Assembly (NCBI GenBank): GCA_965238075.1
Contig: OZ250173.1
Location: forward strand, 1,952,001 to 2,016,000
Direction: 5' to 3'
Origin: Candidatus Entotheonellaceae bacterium
GTDB lineage: Bacteria > Tectomicrobia > Entotheonellia > Entotheonellales > Entotheonellaceae
DNA length: 64,000 nucleotides
The position numbers were made by a program, and so were the translations under genes. Positions 1 to 9,842 of the stretch are shown piece after piece. The notes under the pieces were generated by a model, which saw nothing but the letters and a program-made list of their open reading frames with translations, was not told the DNA's origin and made no database searches. Within the stretch, counting starts at the first letter, position 1; every line of letters begins with the position of its first letter.

Positions 1-1083
1 GTCACGATAGAGCGTCTGGCCTTCCAGCGTGCTGGCCACCAATGCACGGGCAAATCGGGGGCTTACGCGGGCCAGGGTGGTACGGTAAAAATCGCCGCCG
101 CGGTCGCCACTTCGCGTAAGCGCCTTCGCCTTCAACAGTTCAGATTCCTGCGTCCATGCCGAGTCGAAGGAAGGGCGATCCAGCCGGTTCGCATCGAGAA
201 GGCGCCGCAGGATGACCAAGGTGCTCACTTTGAAAGCCCGTGCCAAGCGCGGTACCGAGGCAAACGGTTCTTCATCGCGCAGTTCGGTGCGCAGGTCGGC
301 AAGAGGCACCAGCAGCTCAGCCGCAACGGCGTTGCACCAGACTTCTTCCGGCCGAAAACCTTGCCAGGACTCTGCCCCCATGTTCGACAACGCCGACTCT
401 CCGAGCCAAAGATGCGCGAGTTCATGCGCGAGCGTGAACATCTGCGCCGCCTTTGTGTCCGACCCATTGATGAAGATTAACGGCGCGAGGGGGTCGGAGA
501 GGGCAAAGCCGCGAAACTCGATGGGATCGAGGCGTCGGCTCGTATTGCTCATCACAATCCCGCTGGTCATGACGAGTACGCCGGCCTCGTCCGCTTGCCG
601 GATGAACAGTCTCAGCGCATCGGTCCATGTTGGGCACTCTCGTCGGGCGTCGAAATCGAAGCCGAGGGCTTCCCGCATGCGGGCTGCAACGCCCGCTGGC
701 TGCATGTCAATCGTAGCGCTGCCGACGAAGTCGAGTTCCGGTTCCTGCGCAACGCGAAGGAAATCGCGGTACCAGCTCTGCCGTTCCTGGCAGACGTAGA
801 TCATGTCCAGGAGGTCCGGGCTCGGGCGTGTCACGGTTTGCCCGGCCAAAGTGCGGAAATCGGGGATAGGAACCGACTCCTCCGGGGGCTTCGTGAGGAA
901 CAGGTAGCCGACTGGTACGTGGACGGTACGGGCGAAGGCTTCCACCTGCTTCAAAGTAGGCTGGATGTCCCCGTTTTCCCACTCAGCCAGTTTCCTGAAC
1001 TTGTGGATCAAGGAATCCTGCGTCAGCCCGGCACGCTTTCGCGCCCAACTCAAAAGTTCGCTGTGGACGGGAACACGAGTCAT
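1..1083 (-). CDS. XRE-HTH + ImmA/IrrE family metallo-endopeptidase (partial, runs off left edge)
   Basis: Not in the ORF track. Manual translation from ATG 1083 gives MTRVPVHSELLSWARKRAGL...EWENGDIQPTLKQ (HTH) ...FRGFALSDPLAPLIFINGSDTKAAQMFTLAHELAHLWLG (HExxH) ...EVWCNAVAAELLVP. Frame is open to position 1. Confidence 0.9.
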   Translation of the reverse strand, partial: MTRVPVHSELLSWARKRAGLTQDSLIHKFRKLAEWENGDIQPTLKQVEAFARTVHVPVGYLFLTKPPEESVPIPDFRTLAGQTVTRPSPDLLDMIYVCQERQSWYRDFLRVAQEPELDFVGSATIDMQPAGVAARMREALGFDFDARRECPTWTDALRLFIRQADEAGVLVMTSGIVMSNTSRRLDPIEFRGFALSDPLAPLIFINGSDTKAAQMFTLAHELAHLWLGESALSNMGAESWQGFRPEEVWCNAVAAELLVPLADLRTELRDEEPFASVPRLARAFKVSTLVILRRLLDANRLDRPSFDSAWTQESELLKAKALTRSGDRGGDFYRTTLARVSPRFARALVASTLEGQTLYRD

Positions 1084-1160
1084 ACGACGGTCTCCACTTC
1101 ATGCGTCGCATTTGGACGTCGGGCGATACTAATCGCGCGCACTAACTCGCCGGACACGCC

Positions 1161-1571
1161 TCACACCGCCTTGACGAACAGCACCAGCCCCAGGATGGCG
1201 ACGGCGACGTAGGCCGTCAGAACCGCGGCGCCGGGGTAGTCCTTGGCGAGCCGCTGGCCGAAGAACAGGCAGAGCAGCGCCAGCAGCGCCAGCTCAAGCC
1301 CGGCGATGGCGAGCCCGCTGCCCGCGCCGGTCAGCAGAAGGATGAACCCGACGGCGCAGCAAAGGCCGGTGACGGTTTCCAGGACGGCGATGACCCAGAA
1401 CATCAGCGGCACCATGTTGCCTAGCGGGCTGGCGGCAAAATGGCCGCCGAGGAAATCCAGATTGCCCTGGCTGTCAAGGAGCTTGTCGACCGCCGATTGC
1501 AGGAACGCAATCGCAAAAAATGCCATTACCGCCAATTGCCCGAACCACAAAGGTTCTATAAACCGATCCAC
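1161..1571 (-). CDS. DoxX family membrane protein
   Basis: About 4 hydrophobic segments; FLQSAVDKLLD and LFFGQRLAKDY motifs. Confidence 0.75.
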   Translation of the reverse strand: MDRFIEPLWFGQLAVMAFFAIAFLQSAVDKLLDSQGNLDFLGGHFAASPLGNMVPLMFWVIAVLETVTGLCCAVGFILLLTGAGSGLAIAGLELALLALLCLFFGQRLAKDYPGAAVLTAYVAVAILGLVLFVKAV

Positions 1572-1612
1572 GTTTGTCCCCTTCCCATTGGCAGACTCGC
1601 CTCGCCGTTACC

Positions 1613-2557
1613 TTACACCGACACGCCGGGCCGTACGTCGCTGGCAAAACGGTCCATGACACGCTGCATTTCGGCAATGTCCGACGTCATGATGTCGAAC
1701 ACCATATGGCTGACGCCGCAATCGGCATACCGCGCGATGTCGTCTTGGATGGCGGCGGGGCTGCCGGTGAGCGGCCGGCGGTCGGTCCCGGTGTCGTCGG
1801 CAAAGACGATGGGGCCGCGGAACGAGATGGTCACGTCCTGCGGGTTGCGGCCTGCTCGGCCGGCTTCATCGCGCAGCCGCGCCACCGCGGTCTTCATTTC
1901 GTCGGGCGTCAGGTTGGCGGGCGGGCGCAGGCCGATGGGATGCCAGCCGTCGCCCAAGCGGGCGGCGCGGCGGATGGCCGGGCCGGTGTGGCCGCCGATC
2001 CAGATAGGCGGGTGCGGGCGGCGCACCGGGCGCGGCGCGAAGCCGATGTTGTCGAAGCGCACGTGCTCGCCGTTGAAGCTGGGGGCGTCGTCGGTCCACA
2101 GGGTGCGGAAGACGCGGATGTATTCATCGCTGACGGCGCCGCGCTGCCGGAAGGTGTCCAGGCCGAGCGCCACGAACTCCTCCTCCATCCAGCCGACGCC
2201 GACGCCGAGGATGACCCGCCCGCCCGACAGGGTGTCGAGGGTGGAGACGATCTTGGCGGTCAGCAGCGCGTTGCGGTAGGGCAGAATGAGTACGCTGGTG
2301 CCGAGCTGTACGCGCGTCGTGCACGCCGCCAGCCAGGTCAGGGTGGTTAACGGCTCGTAGTAATCCTGCTCCGGCGCGGCGGGAAAGGCGCCGTTCGGGT
2401 CGTACGGGTAGAACGACTCGATCTGCTGCGGCACGATGATGTGATCGCTCACCCAGATCGAGTCCAAACCTACCGTCTCGGCATGCTGCGCGAGCAGCCG
2501 CAAGTTGTCCGTCGTGGTCATCGCTCCCCGGCTGGGAAGGCTTACCCCAAACTCCAT
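1613..2557 (-). CDS. LLM class (probably F420-dependent) oxidoreductase
   Basis: MEFGVSLP start after GAGGGAG RBS; DSIWVSDHII, LGTSVLILPYR, GVGVGWMEEEF and PPIWIGG motifs. Confidence 0.9.
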   Translation of the reverse strand: MEFGVSLPSRGAMTTTDNLRLLAQHAETVGLDSIWVSDHIIVPQQIESFYPYDPNGAFPAAPEQDYYEPLTTLTWLAACTTRVQLGTSVLILPYRNALLTAKIVSTLDTLSGGRVILGVGVGWMEEEFVALGLDTFRQRGAVSDEYIRVFRTLWTDDAPSFNGEHVRFDNIGFAPRPVRRPHPPIWIGGHTGPAIRRAARLGDGWHPIGLRPPANLTPDEMKTAVARLRDEAGRAGRNPQDVTISFRGPIVFADDTGTDRRPLTGSPAAIQDDIARYADCGVSHMVFDIMTSDIAEMQRVMDRFASDVRPGVSV

Positions 2558-2725
2558 TTGTGAATCTCCCTCGTGTTCGGTTGCATGCGGCGTGCGGCCC
2601 GCCCGCGGCTGGCGTCGCCGGGCCGCTTTGTAGCACGACATGCCGCCTTGGGGCAACATGACCGCCGTCTTGTTGCCCCCCATAAACTCCGCTACACTGC
2701 CCGCCACCCCATATCGGCAAGCAAC

Positions 2726-2755
2726 GTAGGTCGGATTAGCGCAGCGTAATCCGAC
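2726..2755 (+). repeat. GTAG-type REP palindrome
   Basis: GTAG-GTCGGATTAGCGCAGCGTAATCCGAC; near-identical copies at 49134 and 55145. Confidence 0.8.
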
Positions 2756-2789
2756 TTCCTCGGCGCCCCTTTCGAGAGGAACCAAACCC

Positions 2790-4199
2790 ATGGACATCAA
2801 CACCGCCATTGCGGATCTGGAAGCCATCGTCGGCCCGCAGCACGTCCTCGCGTCGCGCGCCGAACGCGCCGTGTACGGCTACGACGCCTCGGTGTTTCGC
2901 GGCACCGAGCTGCTGGCGGTGGTGCTGCCGACGACGGCCGAGCAGATCTCGCGCCTGGTCGTGTGGTGCCGGGATCACGGCGTGCCGTACGTGGCGCGCG
3001 GCGCCGGCACCGGCATCAGCGGCGGGGCCATCCCCACCCACGGCGGTGTGGTCATCGAATTGGCCCTCATGAACCAGGTGCTGGAGGTCGATCTGGCCAA
3101 CCGTCTGGCCGTCGTGCAGCCCGGTGTGGTCAACCAGGACCTCAAGCAACGCGTGCGCGAGCACGGCTACGCCTACACCTACGTGCCCGACCCCGGCAGC
3201 CAGGTGGTCTCGACCATCGGCGGCAACGTGGCCACCAACGCCGGCGGCATGCACTGCCTGAAGTACGGCATCACCGGCAACCACATCCTCGGGCTGGAGA
3301 TGGTGCTGCCCGACGGCGACATCGTGACCGTGGGCGGCAAGGCGGTGGATCAGCCGGGCGCCGACCTCACCGGGCTGTTGGTCGGTTCGGAGGGCACCCT
3401 CGGGATCGTCACCAAGATCATCGTGCGCCTGTTGCAAATGCCCGAGGCGGTCACCACCCACCTGGCGCTGTTCAAAACCGTGGACGACGCGGCCAACACG
3501 GTCTCCGGCATCATCAGTTCCGGGCTGCTGCCGGCTGCCATGGAGCTGCTGGACAAGTCGATCATGCAGGCGGTGGACAAGGCGGTGCACATCGGCTTCC
3601 CGGCGCAGGCCGGTGCGGCCCTGATTATCGAGCTGGACGGCTTCAGCGAGGATATGGCCCGCAACGCCGACCGGGTGGCAGAAATCTGCAAGATGCACGA
3701 CGTCATTTCCATTGAGACCGAGGAGGGTATCGAGGCAGGCCAGCGGCTGTGGCTGTGCCGCCGGGCGGCCTTCGGCGCCATGGCGCGGCTCGATACGGAC
3801 GTCTACATCGTCGACGGCTGCGTGCCGCGCACCCAATTGCCCGAGGCGCTGCGGCGCGTGACGGCCATCGCCGAGCGCTACGATCTGCTGATCGTCAACG
3901 TGGCGCACGCCGGCGACGGCAACCTGCACCCGTCGATTCCCTTCAGCAAGCGCCGCGCCGGCGACATCGAACGGGTGCTAAAGGCCGGGCGCGAAATCCT
4001 GGAAGCGTGCGTCGAGCTCGGCGGCAGCATCACCGGTGAGCACGGCGTCGGCATGGAAAAGCAGAACGAAATGACCCTGATGTTCACCCCCGCCGAGCTG
4101 CAGGTCATGCGGCGCATCAAGCTCGCCCACGACCCCGACGACCTGTGCAATCCCAAGAAAATCTTCCCGCTCAGCATGCTGGCCGAGGCCGCCTCATGA
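2790..4199 (+). CDS. glcD: FAD-linked oxidase, glycolate oxidase subunit GlcD-like
   Basis: ARGAGTGISGG, PDPGSQVVSTIGGNVATNAGG, HAGDGNLHP and GSITGEHGVG motifs. Confidence 0.85.
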   Translation: MDINTAIADLEAIVGPQHVLASRAERAVYGYDASVFRGTELLAVVLPTTAEQISRLVVWCRDHGVPYVARGAGTGISGGAIPTHGGVVIELALMNQVLEVDLANRLAVVQPGVVNQDLKQRVREHGYAYTYVPDPGSQVVSTIGGNVATNAGGMHCLKYGITGNHILGLEMVLPDGDIVTVGGKAVDQPGADLTGLLVGSEGTLGIVTKIIVRLLQMPEAVTTHLALFKTVDDAANTVSGIISSGLLPAAMELLDKSIMQAVDKAVHIGFPAQAGAALIIELDGFSEDMARNADRVAEICKMHDVISIETEEGIEAGQRLWLCRRAAFGAMARLDTDVYIVDGCVPRTQLPEALRRVTAIAERYDLLIVNVAHAGDGNLHPSIPFSKRRAGDIERVLKAGREILEACVELGGSITGEHGVGMEKQNEMTLMFTPAELQVMRRIKLAHDPDDLCNPKKIFPLSMLAEAAS

Positions 4200-5545
4200 C
4201 GTCCTCCCCGACGGCCCTGCACAATCGTTTGACGGCCCTGCTTGGTGCTGAGAACGCCTGGATGGACGAGCCGGCAACCGCCGGCTACGCCGTGGCGTTG
4301 CGGCGTCCGGCGGTCGTGGCGGCACCGTGTACGGCCGAGCAGGTCGCCGCGGTTCTGGAACTCGCATCGCGCGAAAAGCTGGGCGTGGTGCCGTGGGGAC
4401 GCGGCACGCAGATGCACCTGGGACCGCCGCCGGCTGAATACGACGTGGCGCTGTCGCTGCAGCACCTGGCCCGCGTGCTGGAGTACGACAGCGCCAATCT
4501 GACGCTGATCGCCGAGGCCGGGTTGGCGCTGCGTGAGGTGTATCGGCTGACCCTCCCGGGGCGTCAATTCCTGCCGCTGGGCTATCCGGGCAGCGAGGCC
4601 AGCCTGGGCGGCCTGCTGGCGACCAACACCAGCGGCGTCAAGCGGTTGCGCTACGGCGGTATGCGAGACCTGTTGCTGGGCATCCGGGTGGCGCTGCCGG
4701 AAGGCGAATTGCTGCGCTACGGCGGGCGGGTGGTGAAAAATGTCGCCGGCTACGACATGTGCAAGCTGTACATTGGCTCGCTGGGCGCATTCGGCGTGGT
4801 GACGGAAGTGACGTTTCGCCTGGCGATGCTGCCGGAGGACGAACGCCTGCTGGTTGCCGCGTTTCCGACCCTGGCGCAGGGCATGGCCGCGGCAACCGCG
4901 GTGCGCAGCGCGGCGCTGTTGCCGTCCACCGTCGCGCTGGTTTCGTCGGCGGGGTGGGCGGATTCCTTGCCGATTGGTTTGCAACCGGGGCAGGCGGCGT
5001 TGCTGGTTCACGTGGACGGCTCGCACGAATCGGTGCAGCGCCAGATTGCCGAGGGCGAGGCAATTTGTACGTCGCATGGAGCCGTGGAAGCCGTCACACT
5101 GAGTGGCGAGGCGCTGATGACGATGTGGGAGTGGCAGGAGGTGTGGCGGACGTCTTCGCCCGATCCGTCGTTGTTGCAGGTGCGCGTTGGGGTGCCGCCG
5201 TCCAGCGTGGAAACGGCGCTCGACCTGCTGGACAAGGTGCCGAGGTTCTGCCGAGGGCCTGTCATGTGGCTGGCGGACGCCGGTATCGGCTCGGTGACCG
5301 CCCGGCTGCCGCTCGATGAGCCGGCGGACGACTTGACAGCGCAGGTGCAAGCGTGGCTGGGTGGGATTCGATCGCGGCTCGATGACCAACAGGGGTTTGC
5401 CGTGGTGGAGTCGGCGCCGGAAGCCTTGATCGCCCAACTCGATGTTTGGGGCACCTCGCCGGGCGTGGGCCTTCTGAAGCGGTACAAGAGCCGATTCGAT
5501 CCCCAGGGCGTGTTGAATCGCGGGCGCTACGTGGGCGGGCTGTGA
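4196..5545 (+). CDS. glcE: FAD-binding oxidoreductase, GlcE-like
   Basis: ATGA overlap with glcD; GGRVVKNVAGYDMCKLYIGSLG and FDPQGVLNRGR motifs. Confidence 0.8.
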   Translation: MTSSPTALHNRLTALLGAENAWMDEPATAGYAVALRRPAVVAAPCTAEQVAAVLELASREKLGVVPWGRGTQMHLGPPPAEYDVALSLQHLARVLEYDSANLTLIAEAGLALREVYRLTLPGRQFLPLGYPGSEASLGGLLATNTSGVKRLRYGGMRDLLLGIRVALPEGELLRYGGRVVKNVAGYDMCKLYIGSLGAFGVVTEVTFRLAMLPEDERLLVAAFPTLAQGMAAATAVRSAALLPSTVALVSSAGWADSLPIGLQPGQAALLVHVDGSHESVQRQIAEGEAICTSHGAVEAVTLSGEALMTMWEWQEVWRTSSPDPSLLQVRVGVPPSSVETALDLLDKVPRFCRGPVMWLADAGIGSVTARLPLDEPADDLTAQVQAWLGGIRSRLDDQQGFAVVESAPEALIAQLDVWGTSPGVGLLKRYKSRFDPQGVLNRGRYVGGL

Positions 5546-5555
5546 GGTGCCGTCG

Positions 5556-6713
5556 TTACCAGAGGCGGTCGGACGCCAGCTTGGCGCCCTCGCTGAGGGT
5601 GCGGAGCTTGGCCCACACGACCAGGGGCGCGACGTTCTCCGAACCGGCAAACGTTCCGAAGCCGCAATCGGTCGAGGCGATCACCCGGCTGCGATCCCCC
5701 ACCACCTCTACGGCCTGCACGATGCGGTTGGCCACCACTTCCGGATGCTCCACGTAATTCACCGTTGAATCAATGACGCCCGGCAGCAGCAGCATGCCGT
5801 CCGGCAGCGGGTGCTGCCTGAAGACGCGGCTTTCGTGCTGGTGCCGCGGGTTGGCGAGCTCGATGGACAAGGCGCCGACGCGCGCGCCGTACAGAAGCGG
5901 CAGGATATCTTCCAGCGCCACGTCGTGGACGTGCGGTCCGTCGTAGTTGCCCCAGCAGACGTGCAGGCGGATGCGCTCGGGCGGGATGTTGCGTATCGCT
6001 TGGTTGATGGCTTCGACGTGCAACTCGACCATTTCCTGGAAGCGCCGTAGGGATTCGTTCTGGAAAAAGTACGTCCGCTCCATGGCCAGATCGAGGCAGT
6101 CGATCTGCAGGATCAGCCCCTTAGCGTGGATCAGCTCGTACTCCTTGCGCATCTGCTCGGCGAGGGCGAGGACATAGCGCTCGTGCGACTCGTAGTGGGC
6201 GTTCAGCAGCGTGGTGGCGATGATGCCGGGCGAGGCCGCGGTCATGAAGTGCTCGGTGAATGAACGCGGCGCCTGCGCGGCGCTGCGCAGAAAGACGGCG
6301 CACTCGTTTTCCGCGGCGCTCAGATCAGTGTAGTGCACCTCGGCAAGCGCCTGCGGGGCGTTGAAAATCTTGGCGGCGCTGCGGCGGCGGGCCTTGATGA
6401 TGGCCGCGTAGTCCGGGAAGTCCTGCCAATCCTGCGGCTGCGGCCGGGCGCTCTCGCCGCCGAAGCCCTGCATGCGTTGCGCCACATAGGTCTGAAAGCC
6501 CACGCGTGGCTGCTCGCCGTCGTTGCCGATGTCGATGCCCGCTTCCAACTGCCCGCGCACCACCTCATCGACTGCCGCTTCGACCTGCCGTTGCAAGTCC
6601 GCCTCGTCGATGGCCTCGCCGCGTTCCTGCCTGATGAGCAGGTCGGCCAGCGGCCGGGGCCGCGGCAGGCTGCCGACGTGGGTTGTCAGAATCCGTTGTT
6701 CGCTGGTTTGCAT
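5556..6713 (-). CDS. Cobalamin-independent methionine synthase II family (single-domain MetE-like)
   Basis: TTHVGSLPRP start; Zn ligands in HVCWGN, E and TDCGF. Confidence 0.88.
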   Translation of the reverse strand: MQTSEQRILTTHVGSLPRPRPLADLLIRQERGEAIDEADLQRQVEAAVDEVVRGQLEAGIDIGNDGEQPRVGFQTYVAQRMQGFGGESARPQPQDWQDFPDYAAIIKARRRSAAKIFNAPQALAEVHYTDLSAAENECAVFLRSAAQAPRSFTEHFMTAASPGIIATTLLNAHYESHERYVLALAEQMRKEYELIHAKGLILQIDCLDLAMERTYFFQNESLRRFQEMVELHVEAINQAIRNIPPERIRLHVCWGNYDGPHVHDVALEDILPLLYGARVGALSIELANPRHQHESRVFRQHPLPDGMLLLPGVIDSTVNYVEHPEVVANRIVQAVEVVGDRSRVIASTDCGFGTFAGSENVAPLVVWAKLRTLSEGAKLASDRLW

Positions 6714-6728
6714 GGTTCCCTCTGGTTG

Positions 6729-7145
6729 TCAGGGTGAGGGCACATCGGCGGTTTGCAACTGTTCCATGATGGCGTCGATCCGTCCTTCGTTTCGGGAGAC
6801 GCGCTCGCTGAGCGTGCGTAGTTCCGAGACGTCCTTGGCGAGGTCTTCGATGCGCCTGTCCTGGGCGTCAAAGCGCTGATCGACTGCATCGAAGCGTTGG
6901 TTGATGTACTTGTCCTGAGCGTCGAAGCGCTTGTCCTGAGCATCGAAGCGGGCGTTCATCTCTGCTTTGAGGTCGTCGATGCGCTTACCTTGAGCATCGA
7001 TGTGCTGGTTGATCTCTCGTCTCAACGCTTCGAAGTTCTGGTTTGATTGATTGCGGAGGGGGGTGACGACAAAGAATTGCAGGAAGGTGAGGAGTGCTCC
7101 GATAGCAATGAATCCGCCGCCGTTGACTTTCAGCCAAGTCCACAT
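6729..7145 (-). CDS. Membrane-anchored coiled-coil protein with RFDAQDK heptad repeats
   Basis: N-terminal TM segment (GGGFIAIGALLTFLQFFVV), then repeated RFDAQDK/RFDAVDQ; GGAGG RBS before ATG 7145. Confidence 0.7.
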   Translation of the reverse strand: MWTWLKVNGGGFIAIGALLTFLQFFVVTPLRNQSNQNFEALRREINQHIDAQGKRIDDLKAEMNARFDAQDKRFDAQDKYINQRFDAVDQRFDAQDRRIEDLAKDVSELRTLSERVSRNEGRIDAIMEQLQTADVPSP

Positions 7146-7354
7146 GATGTTCGACCTCCAGGGTCGTGGAGTTTGAAAAATTGTACCACAGGTTGAGAGC
7201 ATGGCGGTTTGGTTGGCACGCGGCATGGCGGCCTTTGGTGGAAGACCGTGTGCGACGGAATTTTTTGTGCAAAGCTATCAATGTCATCCCACAGTCACCT
7301 GGCTAATTCCATCATCTATCGTTCAACGATATCGTTGGCACGGAGGATCCCGGC

Positions 7355-8116
7355 ATGAAGAAAATTCTCATCACCGGCATGAGCGGGCTGATCGGCGGCC
7401 TGCTCAGGCGGCATCTAGAGGCGCGCGGCGGCTATGACCTCAGCGCCCTGAACCGGAAGCCGGTCGACGGGGTGCGCTGTTTTCAGGCCGACATCGCCGA
7501 TGCGGAGGCCATCAAACCCGCTTTTGCCGGGCAAGACGTGGTGGTGCACTTGGCGGCGTATCTCGGCAGCGACGATTGGGAGGGGCAGTTGGCGGGCAAC
7601 GTCATCGGCACCTACAACGTGTTCGAGGCGGCGCGGCTGGCTGGTGTGAAGCGGGTGGTGTTTGCCAGCAGCGGCAACGCGGTGCGCGGCTTCGAGCAGG
7701 TGGCGCCGTATGCGGCGATTGCCGCCGGGCGGTACGACGAGGTGCCGGAGGGGTTCGCGCGCGTGACGCACGAGATGGCGTGGCCCAGCGGCATTTACGG
7801 AGCGGCCAAGATATGGGGTGAGGTGCTGGGCCGCCATTTTGCCGACGCCTACGGCCTATCGGTGCTGTGCGTGCGCATCGGCATGGTGCGCAAGGCGAAT
7901 CGCCCGCAGCAGCCGCGCGATTATTCCATCTATCTCAGCCACCGCGACGTGGTGCAAATCCTGACGCAGTGCATCGAGGCGCCGGACGACTTGCGATACG
8001 ACGTGTTTCTGGCCACCTCGAACAACAAGTGGGGATACCGGGATCTTGAGCACCCGCGGCAGGTGCTCGGCTACGTGCCGCAGGATTCCGCCGACACGTT
8101 CGGGGAAGAGTCATAA
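7355..8116 (+). CDS. NAD-dependent epimerase/dehydratase (uronate dehydrogenase-like SDR)
   Basis: ITGMSGLIG Rossmann motif, VFASS, YGAAK. Confidence 0.85.
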   Translation: MKKILITGMSGLIGGLLRRHLEARGGYDLSALNRKPVDGVRCFQADIADAEAIKPAFAGQDVVVHLAAYLGSDDWEGQLAGNVIGTYNVFEAARLAGVKRVVFASSGNAVRGFEQVAPYAAIAAGRYDEVPEGFARVTHEMAWPSGIYGAAKIWGEVLGRHFADAYGLSVLCVRIGMVRKANRPQQPRDYSIYLSHRDVVQILTQCIEAPDDLRYDVFLATSNNKWGYRDLEHPRQVLGYVPQDSADTFGEES

Positions 8117-8118
8117 AA

Positions 8119-9567
8119 TCAGCGTTTCCAGAAGTCCGGCACGAACAGAACCAGCAGGGTGAAGATCTCCAGCCGCCCCAGCAACATGGCGACGCACATC
8201 GCCCACTTCGACACGGTGCCGATGCCGTCGTAGTGGCTCCCCACCTCCCAGAAACCGTGCCCCAGATTGTTCAGGCATGCCGCCACCGCGGCAAAGGCCG
8301 ACAGCAGGTCCAGACCGTCGACCGTCAGCACCAGCATCATCAGCGCAAAGCAGGCCGCGTAAATGGCGAAGAAGCCCCACATCGCCTCGAGGACTTTGTC
8401 CGGCAGGGCCGACTTGCCGACCCGAATGACGAAAATGCCGTTGGGGTGAATGAGCCGCTGGATTTCCCGCAGGGCATGTTTGACCAGCAGGATGATGCGA
8501 ATGACCTTCACGCCGCCGGCCGTCGACCCCGTGCAACCGCCGATGAAGCTCGCGAACAGCAGAATCAGGACCAGTGCTGACGGCCACTGTTCGTAAGCCG
8601 TGGCGCTGAAGCCTGCCGTGATGCCGATGGATACCGCATGGAACACCGCGTAATGCCAAGCCTCGCCGACGTCATAGGCGCCGACGTAAACCAGGCCGAC
8701 GAAGCTGTAAACGGCCACCACGCCGAGGATGATCAGGTACACTTTCCATTCCGGATCTTCCGTGTATGGCGACCCATGACGGCGGTGCAGGGCCAGGTAG
8801 TGCAGCGAAAATTTCGTGCCCGAAATCAGCATGAAGACGACGCAGATCAGTTCAATGGTGGCGCTGTTGAAGTGGCCGATGCTGTCGTCGTGGGTCGAGA
8901 AGCCGCCGAGGGCGACGGTCGAGAAGCTGTGGCCGATGGCGTCGAACAGGCTCATGCCGGCCAGCCAGTAGGCGGCGGCGCAGGCGAAGGTCAGGCCGAA
9001 ATAGATGTACCATAGTGTCTTGGCCGTTTCGGCGATGCGCGGCGTCAGCTTGGCGTCCTTGACCGGGCCGGGGATTTCGGCGCGGTAGAGCTGCATGCCG
9101 CCGACGCCGAGCATGGGCAGCACGGCCACCGCCAACACGATGATGCCCATGCCGCCCAGCCACTGCAGGAGTTGGCGGTAGAACAGCAGGGCGTGCGGCA
9201 TGGTGTCGAGGCCGCTCAGCACCGTGGCACCGGTGGTGGTGAGGCCGGAAAAGGACTCGAACACTGCGTTGGTAAACGAAATGCCCAGCCCCGGCATGGC
9301 ATAGAACGGCAGGGCGCCGAAGAGGCTGAGCACCGTCCAGAACAGCACTACGATGAGGAAGCCGTCGCGCACCCGCAATTCCTGGCGGTGCGGGCGATAT
9401 ATCTGCCACAGCAGCAGGCCGGTGATGAGTGTGATGGCGAAGGACAGGACGAACGATCCGGCGCCGCCGTCCCGGTAGATGAGAGCGACGATCACCGGCG
9501 GTATCATCGTGAGGCTGAACACGGCCAGCAGGATGCCGACGACGCGGAGGATGGTTTTACCTTGCAT
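8119..9567 (-). CDS. trkH: Trk system potassium uptake protein TrkH
   Basis: [37 protein letters not shown] and MLLGRLEI motifs. Confidence 0.93.
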   Translation of the reverse strand: MQGKTILRVVGILLAVFSLTMIPPVIVALIYRDGGAGSFVLSFAITLITGLLLWQIYRPHRQELRVRDGFLIVVLFWTVLSLFGALPFYAMPGLGISFTNAVFESFSGLTTTGATVLSGLDTMPHALLFYRQLLQWLGGMGIIVLAVAVLPMLGVGGMQLYRAEIPGPVKDAKLTPRIAETAKTLWYIYFGLTFACAAAYWLAGMSLFDAIGHSFSTVALGGFSTHDDSIGHFNSATIELICVVFMLISGTKFSLHYLALHRRHGSPYTEDPEWKVYLIILGVVAVYSFVGLVYVGAYDVGEAWHYAVFHAVSIGITAGFSATAYEQWPSALVLILLFASFIGGCTGSTAGGVKVIRIILLVKHALREIQRLIHPNGIFVIRVGKSALPDKVLEAMWGFFAIYAACFALMMLVLTVDGLDLLSAFAAVAACLNNLGHGFWEVGSHYDGIGTVSKWAMCVAMLLGRLEIFTLLVLFVPDFWKR

Positions 9568-9600
9568 GCTCAGCACTCATGGGCGTCTGGGGTATTGCTG

Positions 9601-9661
9601 CTCCCTCTTCGCCTGGTGGGAGAGGGCTGGGGTGAGGGGAAATTCTAACGTGAGACACGAC
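9601..9661 (+). repeat. Intergenic palindromic repeat (CCCTCT..AGAGGG..GGGGTGAGGG type)
   Basis: ctccctcttcgcctggtgggagagggctggggtgaggggaaatt..gtgagacac matches the element at about 44460-44524. Confidence 0.6.
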
Positions 9662-9752
9662 GTAGTTTTGTCAACGATGCGGGAATTGTAGTCGCAGGGC
9701 TTGCAGGGGGTCAAATGCAGCGGGCGCTGGCCCGGCGTTCTGTCAGAACGGC

Positions 9753-9781
9753 TTGCGCCTCACTCTGTAAACCACTATAAA
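9753..9781 (+). promoter_or_regulatory. Putative sigma70 promoter of the Ldh_2 gene
   Basis: TTGCGC-17 nt-TATAAA upstream of an AAGGAGG RBS. Confidence 0.45.
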
Positions 9782-9842
9782 AGTTGGCCAGTTTCAAACA
9801 TACCCTGCCGTCCAAACACCACCTGAGCTAAAGGAGGCCCTC

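Noticed and set aside
212-1212. Plus-strand ORFs of 195 aa and 205 aa
   Set aside because: Antisense shadows of the minus-strand ImmA/IrrE gene.
3878-5650. 590-aa minus-strand ORF (likewise 22836-24434, 30126-31688, 38742-40061 and similar)
   Set aside because: Shadow ORFs of well-supported genes in GC-rich DNA, with no motifs.
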